Source: a virus. Taken from it: a DNA stretch of 55,971 nucleotides. This document shows, piece after piece, positions 15,032 through 23,055 of the stretch (its first letter is position 1; every line of letters begins with the position of its first letter). Made by a program: the position numbers and the translations under genes. The DNA lies in IMG/VR virus record IMGVR_UViG_3300045988_144994; one strand, written 5' to 3'. Below the pieces are notes generated by a model that had not been told where the DNA came from, ran no database searches, and worked only from the letters and a program-made list of their open reading frames with translations.

Positions 15032-15223
15032 ATGCCCCGCATCCCGAAACCCAAACAACCAAAACCGATCATTCCCCGGCTGTCAACAACCTATTCCGAC
15101 TGCCGGGAATGTATCTACTACCGACCGTGGAAATTCGGATTAGTTGATTGCCCGTTTTCGGTGGTGCCGCATGAAAACTGTCTGACTAGAAAAATTGAAT
15201 GTGTAAATTATAAAAAAACATGA
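15032..15223 (+). CDS. Small Cys-rich protein
   Basis: 63-aa ORF with a C..C....C...C...C pattern. It overlaps the downstream start by 4 nt. It is preferred over the overlapping 14752..15147 ORF. Confidence 0.5.
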   Translation: MPRIPKPKQPKPIIPRLSTTYSDCRECIYYRPWKFGLVDCPFSVVPHENCLTRKIECVNYKKT

Positions 15224-15525
15224 TTGAAAATACTATTAAAAAAATTGAGCAATGGGTTGTCGACAGAAACCTGCATACCCAGGATCCAAAAGTACAGATG
15301 TGTAAAACAGTTGAAGAACTCGGAGAACTAGCCCGGGCAATAAACAAAGGCGATAGGGAAAAACAGACAGACAGCATCGGGGATACGGTTGTCACTCTCA
15401 TCTGTATATCAAAACAACTGGGTATTGATTTCAGTGAATGCGTTGAATATGCATACAACGAAATCAAAGACCGGAAGGGGAAACTTATCAACGGGATATT
15501 TGTAAAAGAGGCGGATTTTGTATAA
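15220..15525 (+). CDS. MazG-like nucleotide pyrophosphohydrolase
   Basis: KTVEELGELARAINKGD...IGDTVVTLI fits the EExxE...D pattern of small MazG-family proteins. Confidence 0.7.
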   Translation: MIENTIKKIEQWVVDRNLHTQDPKVQMCKTVEELGELARAINKGDREKQTDSIGDTVVTLICISKQLGIDFSECVEYAYNEIKDRKGKLINGIFVKEADFV

Positions 15526-15543
15526 AAAATTAAATAAAAAATC

Positions 15544-15828
15544 ATGAGAGCACTAATTATCACATCCTTATTAGGAGACTACTCCGGTATTGCTGAAGAA
15601 GTAGAAAAACAACTCCAAAACCAAGACAAAAATCAAGAATCCGATGAAGTTGTAAGTATCCATCAGTTCAACATGCTTTCACAGGCGTATGATGCGAAAT
15701 TTAACGAATGCGAAAAACTCAAAGCCCAAAATCAGGAATTGGAAAAGTCAAACATTAAACTCATGGAAGAGGTTAATAAATATCGGTATTTCATTGAGTG
15801 CCAGAAAAACGAAATTGAAAAGCTGTGA
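15544..15828 (+). CDS. Small coiled-coil protein
   Basis: 94-aa ORF sharing the ECExLK motif with the 4185 ORF. Confidence 0.55.
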   Translation: MRALIITSLLGDYSGIAEEVEKQLQNQDKNQESDEVVSIHQFNMLSQAYDAKFNECEKLKAQNQELEKSNIKLMEEVNKYRYFIECQKNEIEKL

Positions 15829-15829
15829 T

Positions 15830-16114
15830 ATGGAATATGGAGAATTGTTAAAAGACCCTCGCTGGCAAAGAAAGCGACTGGAAGCCATGCAAGCGGATCG
15901 ATTTACCTGTCAGATGTGTTTTCACGCTGATAAACCATTAAATGTACATCATAAAAAATATATTCAGGGAGCGGCACCATGGGAGTATGATACAAGTGAT
16001 TTAATCACTCTTTGTGAAGATTGTCATGCCAAATATCATCGTGATGTTACTAAAACTAAAATAATGGCTAATATGCTTATAAACATTTATGAACTATTAA
16101 AATCAGCAATATGA
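15830..16114 (+). CDS. HNH endonuclease (small, free-standing)
   Basis: Start set at the internal ATG (MEYGELLKD). CQMC...NVHHKKY...LITLCEDCHAKYH fits the HNH/zinc pattern. Confidence 0.65.
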   Translation: MEYGELLKDPRWQRKRLEAMQADRFTCQMCFHADKPLNVHHKKYIQGAAPWEYDTSDLITLCEDCHAKYHRDVTKTKIMANMLINIYELLKSAI

Positions 16115-16115
16115 T

Positions 16116-16861
16116 ATGGCGAGACAATTAAATATTTTTCTTTTGATGTTGATTTTTTTGATGATGAGAAAATAGGTGCAATTTCTGGAGAGTTTGGGAT
16201 AAAAGGAGAAATTACAGCAATAAAGCTGCTATGTGCGGTATACCGGAATGGATACTTCGCTGTGTGGAATGAGCCGTTAAAAATGAAACTTTTAAAATCC
16301 CTTCCAGGAATAAACTCTGAATTACTGGACCAGATCGTGAATCGCTTAGTTAGGTGGGGGTTCTTTGACAGCTCCTGCTTCAGCTCGGTAAAGATTCTGA
16401 CTAGTGAAGGTATTCAGAAGCGATATTTTGAAGCCATTAAAAGAAGAAAGCCCAAGGAAGAATATCCTTATTTACTTATTAATGTAGACAATAATGCAAT
16501 AAATGTATGCAAAAATGACAAAAATGTATACAAAAGTACACAAAGGAAAGGAAAGAAAATAAATAATCCCCCTATAATCCCCCTTTTGGATTTTTCGTCG
16601 GAAGGAATAATCCCGATTGAAAATTTGAAGGAAAGAATATTTTCCGAAGAAACGGCATGGATTGAGACCATAGCAATGAAGCAACAGCTTAAACCCGATG
16701 AAATAATTAAGTGGGTGAACGATTTTTTTGACGAACTCGAGTGTATAGGTGAAAACATGAAAAGCCTAAAAGATTTCAAATCCCACTTTTTCAGGTGGCT
16801 TAAAATCCAACTAAAAAACAGAAAGGAGGAAAAAGATGACGGAAGACTTGAAAGTTGGTAG
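16116..16861 (+). CDS. DUF4373-like replication organiser. The N-terminus is out of frame with the only ATG.
   Basis: ATG at 16116 reads MARQLN and then hits a stop. The family-typical YFSFDVDFFDDEKIGAISGEFGIKGE...VWNEP sequence is in the frame starting at 16115, with no ATG/GTG/TTG before 16262. Confidence 0.55.
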
Positions 16862-18200
16862 ACAGAACTCACCAGACACGGAAAAAGCCGTATTAGGGGC
16901 GATGATGCTATCTAACGAAGCAGTGACCGATGTGGTGTCAAAGCTAAGCACAGATGCGTTCTTTGACCCCAGAAACCGCATAATCTTCGATGCCATCCGG
17001 GGACTGAACGACAAAAGCATACCGGTAGACATGATTTCGGTAGTCGAATGCCTTCGCCAGTCCGGCAAGCTAATTGAAGCAGGCAACGCATCCTACGTAA
17101 CCGAACTCACGAACCTGTCCGGTTTCGGACTTGCTCGCACGGATCACTATTGCAAACTGCTCGTTCAGATGCAGATAGAACGACAACTGGTAGTTATGGC
17201 TACCGAGATAATCCGGATGTCTGACGAAACAAACGACGTTTCAGACACCATTTCATTCGCTGATAGGCAATTGCAGAAAATAAACGAAATCATTTCCCTG
17301 AATAGTCGTATGGAACATATATCGTCGGCAGTCGAAAAAGCGGCTGACGAATCGATATTGAGGACGGAAAACAGACGGCAAGGGAAAATGTCAGGCGTAA
17401 CATCCGGACTGAAAGACCTGGATAAAATGACATCCGGATTCAAGGGGTCCGAACTGATAATACTCGCAGGACGCCCTGGGTCAGGAAAGACAAGCGTGAT
17501 GCTTCACTTCGCCAAGGTCGCCGCAAGAAATGGCGTCCCGGTGTGCATCTACTCCCTCGAAATGGACAGCATCAGCCTTGCCGACAGGCTAATCCTTTCA
17601 GAGACGGACATCGAAGCGGACAGATACCGGAACGGATACATATCCAACGAAGAGTTCAACCAAATCGCATCGGCAAAGAAAAGACTTTCCGAACTGCCGA
17701 TATACGTTGACGACAACCCGATAGTATCCATGCGCTACATCCGTGCACACTCTAAGAGAATGTCAAAGCAGGGAAAATGCGGATTGATACTCGTAGATTA
17801 CTTACAACTCGCTGATATGGGCGAAAAGGGGAAAAACCGGGAACAGGAAGTTGCACAGGCGAGCAGACAGGCAAAGATAATCGCGAAAGAGCTTAATGTG
17901 CCTTTTATCCTTTTATCCCAGCTTAACAGAGCTTGTGAAGAACGGGCGGATAAAAAGCCACAGCTATCCGACCTTCGTGAATCAGGAGCCATCGAGCAAG
18001 ATGCAGATAAGGTTATATTCGTTTATCGTCCGGAATATTACAAGCTGAAAGATCCTCATAACAACCCGATAACCGGAGAAGGTGCGCTCATAATGGCTAA
18101 ACAGCGCAACGGAGCCGTAGGTGACGTGAAATTCAGGTATAATGAAAGTCTCACGAAGATATTCGACCACAACACAAACGAATCCGGAAGACCATTTTAA
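16836..18200 (+). CDS. dnaB: Replicative DNA helicase DnaB
   Basis: N-terminus SPDTEKAVLGAMML, Walker A GRPGSGKT, and downstream LVDYLQL and SQLNR motifs. Confidence 0.9.
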   Translation: MTEDLKVGRQNSPDTEKAVLGAMMLSNEAVTDVVSKLSTDAFFDPRNRIIFDAIRGLNDKSIPVDMISVVECLRQSGKLIEAGNASYVTELTNLSGFGLARTDHYCKLLVQMQIERQLVVMATEIIRMSDETNDVSDTISFADRQLQKINEIISLNSRMEHISSAVEKAADESILRTENRRQGKMSGVTSGLKDLDKMTSGFKGSELIILAGRPGSGKTSVMLHFAKVAARNGVPVCIYSLEMDSISLADRLILSETDIEADRYRNGYISNEEFNQIASAKKRLSELPIYVDDNPIVSMRYIRAHSKRMSKQGKCGLILVDYLQLADMGEKGKNREQEVAQASRQAKIIAKELNVPFILLSQLNRACEERADKKPQLSDLRESGAIEQDADKVIFVYRPEYYKLKDPHNNPITGEGALIMAKQRNGAVGDVKFRYNESLTKIFDHNTNESGRPF

Positions 18201-18218
18201 TAAAAAATCACTGAAACA

Positions 18219-19013
18219 ATGAAAACATACGTAATAACACTATCAAAACAGTTTCTTTCCGGACATAAAGAGGCTGGGAAACCGACAAATTTTAGAGATA
18301 AATTCTTGCTCGGAATAGGCTGCCCGGACTGTAAAACCCAACAAGACTTATCAGGTGAAAACATATCGCCTTGCAATAGTTGCATAAGAGCGTGTATGTA
18401 CCCCAAAATACATACAATGCGGTCGAATTATCAACTTTGGGAGTCAAGCGCTAAACATGAAAAACGCAGAGAGGAAAGTCATCAAATTACTAAAAGAAAA
18501 CAATTTGATAAAGTAATGGAAATAAAAGGAAAAGTTCATTTAATGTTCGAGCAAAGTGGAACTTTCAAGAATGAGTTTATAAAGCTGGGAATACCATCGG
18601 AAGATTATGATATCCAAAATAATTTTGGACAAACTGACCACGTTGTAGACTTGTTTGCGGAGATTGAAAAAGCGTATGACGGTAAAGGAAGCGTGTTTGA
18701 TAGTATTACGAAAGACGATTTGATAATGGCTTTCTTCCCGTGCATTTACTTTGAGTCCATGCAAGCAAATTACTATCAAATGCATTGCAATAACTTATAT
18801 TGTAAATCTAAAAATGAGCAATATGAAATAGTACTTGAGAGAATAGGTAAAAGAGAGAAGTTCTATTCTTTATTATATAAATTTTTTGCTGTTTGTGATT
18901 TCAGGCAGATAAGAATGATATTGGAGAATCCTGCCACACAACCGCATTATCTGTTGTATTCTGCAAACTTTATTGGCAAGGCACAGAAACATACACAACT
19001 TGAATTATTTTAG
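18219..19013 (+). CDS. Two-part ORF: N-terminal domain of unknown function plus a C5-cytosine-MTase-like segment that appears C-terminally truncated
   Basis: The second half has LMFEQSGTF (motif I-like), FFPCIYFES (PC motif IV-like) and ILENP (ENV-like). No motifs VIII-X follow before the stop at 19011. Confidence 0.4.
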   Translation: MKTYVITLSKQFLSGHKEAGKPTNFRDKFLLGIGCPDCKTQQDLSGENISPCNSCIRACMYPKIHTMRSNYQLWESSAKHEKRREESHQITKRKQFDKVMEIKGKVHLMFEQSGTFKNEFIKLGIPSEDYDIQNNFGQTDHVVDLFAEIEKAYDGKGSVFDSITKDDLIMAFFPCIYFESMQANYYQMHCNNLYCKSKNEQYEIVLERIGKREKFYSLLYKFFAVCDFRQIRMILENPATQPHYLLYSANFIGKAQKHTQLELF

Positions 19014-19081
19014 AAGATGTGCAGAATGTTTAATGAGTTCCGAGAATATTTAAAACTTTAATTAATTTATCGGTGTGTGCT

Positions 19082-19282
19082 ATGGACAAATACGGAAACA
19101 TAGATCAAAACTGGTATTCTTCCGAAGCTCAGAGAAGTGAACGGGAGCATGCCGAACAAGTCCTAAAGGAGATGAAGGACTTTGAAAAGTTATGTAAAAA
19201 GTTTCGCAAGAAGGTAGTTGAAAAGACTTCTCAGGGAGTAAGGATCAGATATGTAAAGAGAAATCAGACAACAGCAGAGTAA
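19082..19282 (+). CDS. Hypothetical small protein
   Basis: 66 aa from ATG 19082. The track uses the upstream GTG at 19073. Confidence 0.45.
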   Translation: MDKYGNIDQNWYSSEAQRSEREHAEQVLKEMKDFEKLCKKFRKKVVEKTSQGVRIRYVKRNQTTAE

Positions 19283-19330
19283 ATAAAAAAATGGACGCCA
19301 CCTAAATGACGTCCACGCCGGCTCCACTGC

Positions 19331-19365
19331 AGCAGACACACAAAAAACGTGTCTGCTTTATCTAT
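19331..19365 (+). terminator. Intrinsic terminator candidate
   Basis: agcagacac (19331-19339) pairs with gtgtctgct (19349-19357), followed by ttatctatt. Confidence 0.5.
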
Positions 19366-19564
19366 TCTTGCCGAGGTAGACCAATACCCTTACAGAAATA
19401 AACTCGCAGACACGTATATACGTAGTCTAACGAGCTTAGTATCTGTTTTTTTTATTTTGGTCTTTTCGGCAAGTACTAAACTCAACTACAACAATTACAA
19501 AACAATATGCACAACTCTTTGTGCGCAGCAAATATAAGAAATTATTTAAGATTAGTATTAACAT

Positions 19565-20362
19565 ATGGAAGAACACATAAAGCGTAGTATTAATTTAATT
19601 CAAAAGTTACAAACAGATGAAATCTATAATCTAGGTTTTTCCGGAGGGAAAGACAGTATTGTATTGCTGGATCTAGCGAAAAGATCTCAGGTCCCATTTA
19701 ATGCTGTTTATTCAAATACTACAATAGACCCTCCTGGCACAATTAATTTTATCCGGAAAAACTATCCAGAAGTAAAAATAGTAAACCCTAAAGAAAGTTT
19801 TTTTAAGCTTGTAGCACGTAAAGGATTACCATCTAGACAGCGCAGATGGTGTTGCGAAATTCTTAAAGAAAATTATGGAATTGGGAAGAGAAATTTAGAG
19901 GGGATGCGATGGGAAGAATCTTCTGTAAGATCTGGATATGAACCGGAGCAATGCGACGTAAGAAAGAATATGGAAGGTGCTATTCATGTTCTTCCGATAC
20001 TTCATTGGACGGAAAATCAGATATGGGAATACATATACAAACAAAAACTTCCATATATGCTATATTATGATCCTCCTTATAACTTTACAAGGCATGGATG
20101 TGTCGGCTGTCCGCTTGCATCAAAAACGCAAATGCAACTTGAATTTAAATATTTTCCCAAATATGCATTCGCGCTTTTGAAGTCGATTAAAGAATATCAA
20201 ATAGCAAAACCAGATTCATTCTGGGGCAAAAACTTTTCAAACGAATATGAGGCATTTTATTACTATTTGCACGAGATGACTGTTCAAGAATTTAAATTTT
20301 TAAAAACTGCCTCTTTATTTCAAAATGATTTTGAAAGTATAATTAAAAACTGGCTAAAATGA
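19565..20362 (+). CDS. PAPS-reductase-family / PP-loop ATPase (DndC/IbrA-like)
   Basis: PP-loop GFSGGKDS near the N-terminus and a later Cys-rich region (RRWCCEILK ... HGCVGCPL). Confidence 0.8.
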   Translation: MEEHIKRSINLIQKLQTDEIYNLGFSGGKDSIVLLDLAKRSQVPFNAVYSNTTIDPPGTINFIRKNYPEVKIVNPKESFFKLVARKGLPSRQRRWCCEILKENYGIGKRNLEGMRWEESSVRSGYEPEQCDVRKNMEGAIHVLPILHWTENQIWEYIYKQKLPYMLYYDPPYNFTRHGCVGCPLASKTQMQLEFKYFPKYAFALLKSIKEYQIAKPDSFWGKNFSNEYEAFYYYLHEMTVQEFKFLKTASLFQNDFESIIKNWLK

Positions 20363-20505
20363 ACAAAGATCTAACAAACAAAATCCTGCCTTATTGCGGG
20401 CATGGTCTGAAAGTGATATATGAAGATTATTTGTGTTGAATCGTTAAAAAATAATCCCTATGCAGAATGATTTTGATTTGTCGGAAAAATGCCGTATGTT
20501 TGTAG

Positions 20506-20704
20506 TGTCTATCATACTAAGAGGGCGGTAAGTCCGCCAAAACTGCGGGCATTTTTTATGCCTTAAATCGATATACGGTTTCATTACCCCCGTGTGGAGT
20601 GTTAATGCACCCACAGCCCTCTTAGGTGATAGACAGCGGGAAAGGATGGAACCGTTTTTTATTTCTATCCAAACATATCAAATTCTTAGGGATAATGTCT
20701 ATCA
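20506..20704 (+). promoter_or_regulatory. Leader element E2: start-mimic / anti-start / start triad
   Basis: tgtctatca (20506-20514) pairs with tgatagaca (20627-20635), and taagaggg (20518-20525) pairs with ccctctta (20617-20624). A T6 run lies at 20655-20660. tgtctatca recurs at ATG 20695 (copy 20696-20704). Confidence 0.5.
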
Positions 20705-20988
20705 CGGAAAAGAATTTGCTAACATCGGTACAAGGTATTGATGAAGCACGTTATGCCCACGAAACGGCTAAAACTACTGTAACTATTCCTTCAATCAACG
20801 TCGAAGAACTATTGGAAATCTCTTCAACACTAAGAGGCGACGAAGCAATTATCGAGGTGTCCAACCTTGTCGAATTTAATCATGATGAACCGGATCTTGA
20901 ATACGCTTTGAGGTGTGTTTGCCGGTTCTATGCGAAAGTTTCGTATCTTGTTGACAGAATGAAGCAGATATTAACCGAAGAAAAATAA
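20695..20988 (+). CDS. Hypothetical protein
   Basis: Start set at the internal ATG (MSITEKNLL). The upstream part of track ORF 20626..20988 lies in the structured leader. Confidence 0.55.
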   Translation: MSITEKNLLTSVQGIDEARYAHETAKTTVTIPSINVEELLEISSTLRGDEAIIEVSNLVEFNHDEPDLEYALRCVCRFYAKVSYLVDRMKQILTEEK

Positions 20989-20994
20989 CCTATT

Positions 20995-21708
20995 ATGAAC
21001 GAAATAATTAAAATTACTGAATCGAACGGCAAACAAGCTGTTTCGGCAAGAGAATTATATAAATTTCTTGAAGCTACCGAACGCTTTAATAATTGGTTTG
21101 AACGTCAATTACAATATGGATTTGTAGAAAACATTGACTATGTAGGGTGTAAACAATTTAACACCCTTGCAAATCAGGAACTTAATGATTACGCTTTAAC
21201 TATTAATTGCGCTAAAGAAATTTCAATGCTCCAGCGCAACGAGAAAGGCAAACAAGCACGTCAATATTTTATAGAAGCAGAAAACAAATACAGACAGTTG
21301 CAACAGACCGGAGGTTTTCAAATTCCGAAGTCTTACTCTGAAGCTCTAAAATTAGCAGCCAGCCAAGCGGAACAAATCGAACAACAGCAAAAACAAATCC
21401 AACAGCAAGCTCCGAAAGTCCTTTTTGCTGACAGTGTTTCCGCTTCTCATACCTCCATCCTTATCGGAGACCTTGCAAAGATTTTAAAACAAAATGGAGT
21501 TGAGATCGGTGCCAAAAGGCTATTTGTGTGGATGCGGAGGAATGGTTATCTGATAAAGAAACCTGGTATGAGCTATAATATGCCATCGCAAAGAGGAATG
21601 AATCTTAATTTGTTTGAAATTAAAGAAACGGTAGTGACACATTCTGACGGACACACTTCAATAAACAAAACCGTTAAAGTTACCGGAAGGGGCAAATCTA
21701 TTTTGTAA
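20995..21708 (+). CDS. Phage antirepressor (AntA-like N-terminus plus KilAC-like C-terminus)
   Basis: The N-terminus GKQAVSARELYKFLEATERFNNWFERQLQYGF is AntA/AntB-like. The C-terminus ILIGDLAKILKQNGVEIGAKRLFVWMR is KilAC-like. Confidence 0.7.
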   Translation: MNEIIKITESNGKQAVSARELYKFLEATERFNNWFERQLQYGFVENIDYVGCKQFNTLANQELNDYALTINCAKEISMLQRNEKGKQARQYFIEAENKYRQLQQTGGFQIPKSYSEALKLAASQAEQIEQQQKQIQQQAPKVLFADSVSASHTSILIGDLAKILKQNGVEIGAKRLFVWMRRNGYLIKKPGMSYNMPSQRGMNLNLFEIKETVVTHSDGHTSINKTVKVTGRGKSIL

Positions 21709-21745
21709 ACAAATTTCTAAAACAAAAAGAATTGGTATAACTAAC

Positions 21746-21766
21746 AGAGGGGTGTAATGCCCCTCT
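21746..21766 (+). terminator. Hairpin agagggg-tgtaatg-cccctct (terminator-like, no clear T-run)
   Basis: 7-bp GC-rich stem downstream of the ant stop. Confidence 0.35.
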
Positions 21767-21791
21767 CTAAAATTACTAAGTTCAAACAACC

Positions 21792-22055
21792 ATGATCCCC
21801 AACAAAACCAGTAAAGACTACAAACGGCTCAAGGAGCTGCTTGATAAAGGAGAAAAAATAACTGTATTTTTTTTGCATAAATCAGGGTATGGGACTGAGC
21901 ATAAAATACGCAAAACAGCAGAAAAGAAATATAACGAAATAACACACTGTGACGGATATTTTATAGGCCCAATGACCATATTCCCTTTCAGTAAAAAACC
22001 TTTTGAATACTACTGTGAAAAATACAATGTTGAATTCATAGAGCCAAATTTATGA
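21792..22055 (+). CDS. Hypothetical protein
   Basis: 87-aa ORF. Confidence 0.55.
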   Translation: MIPNKTSKDYKRLKELLDKGEKITVFFLHKSGYGTEHKIRKTAEKKYNEITHCDGYFIGPMTIFPFSKKPFEYYCEKYNVEFIEPNL

Positions 22056-22079
22056 AAGACCAATCTTTATTTCATAGAC

Positions 22080-22520
22080 ATGAAAATTTATATAATTCTA
22101 ATCCACGAGATCCCTTTTGTTCATGATATTATGGACAAAGTGGACCTTACAGAAAGAGGGAGTAAAGTGTATATCAAATTCAGGACGATTAAAATGGAAT
22201 CACATGATGAAAGTGAATATAATTTCAAGAAAATAGTAGAACATATATGTTTTAAGCAGCATAAAGAACTTCAAAATACGGATGGGATAGGTAAACCTGT
22301 ATTTGTATATGCTGTCTCAAACAAATCTCATCGTATTGTTTATTTCAGGAAAGGCATAAATCAAGTTTCAGACGGTAAAAATATATATATGTTTGATAAT
22401 TTGATTTCTCGTTTTTTATCTGTTCAAACAGATAGCATGCGGAAAGTTATCAATGTAGGAGACGAAATAGACGGTAAGTTTCATCCGATAAAATGCTATA
22501 AATATACAAACATTCAATAA
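22080..22520 (+). CDS. Hypothetical protein
   Basis: 146-aa ORF. The start is uncertain, with an alternative at MDKVDL. Confidence 0.5.
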   Translation: MKIYIILIHEIPFVHDIMDKVDLTERGSKVYIKFRTIKMESHDESEYNFKKIVEHICFKQHKELQNTDGIGKPVFVYAVSNKSHRIVYFRKGINQVSDGKNIYMFDNLISRFLSVQTDSMRKVINVGDEIDGKFHPIKCYKYTNIQ

Positions 22521-22526
22521 AAAGCA

Positions 22527-23048
22527 ATGATGAATACAGAAAGAAGTTTATATGAAATAGAGGTCGCATTGGCCAAATCCGATAGCTTTAATTTTATCCG
22601 AAATATCGTCGCTTTCAATGTAAATGGATGGGGAAGTAAATTTCATATCGGGCATGAGTGTGATATGCTAGTCTTATCAAAATCAGGATACTTAACGGAA
22701 ATAGAGATAAAGCGTAGTTTCTCAGATTTTATTGCCGACTTCAAGAAAAAGCATCACCATGAATCGGCCGGAATTATAAAATACTTCTACTACTGCGTTC
22801 CTGAAAAGATATATGACAAAGTATGTAGTGAACTATCAAAGAGAGATGTATTATATTCCGGCATAATCACATTCAATGAAGATTTAATAATCAGACATCA
22901 TGGATATGATAAAAACGTACATATCCGTGAAATGCGGCCGTACCGAAAACTATCCCTAGAAGAGCAATTGCAAGTTGCAAGATTCGGAGCAATGAGATCT
23001 GTGATTTTGAAGGAAAAACTTATCAAAGAAAAGGAGGAAAAGAAATGA
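22527..23048 (+). CDS. PD-(D/E)XK nuclease-fold protein (MmcB-like)
   Basis: GHECDMLVLSKSGYLTEIEIKRSFSDF fits the E-x-D ... E-I-K pattern. The stop is 8 nt from the tnpB stop. Confidence 0.55.
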   Translation: MMNTERSLYEIEVALAKSDSFNFIRNIVAFNVNGWGSKFHIGHECDMLVLSKSGYLTEIEIKRSFSDFIADFKKKHHHESAGIIKYFYYCVPEKIYDKVCSELSKRDVLYSGIITFNEDLIIRHHGYDKNVHIREMRPYRKLSLEEQLQVARFGAMRSVILKEKLIKEKEEKK

Positions 23049-23055
23049 GTGTGAA

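Noticed and set aside
20359-20439. The 26-codon ORF (MNKDLTNKILPYCGHGLKVIYEDYLC) overlapping the PAPS-reductase stop
   Set aside because: It could be the remnant of a truncated gene. It is too short and unsupported to call.
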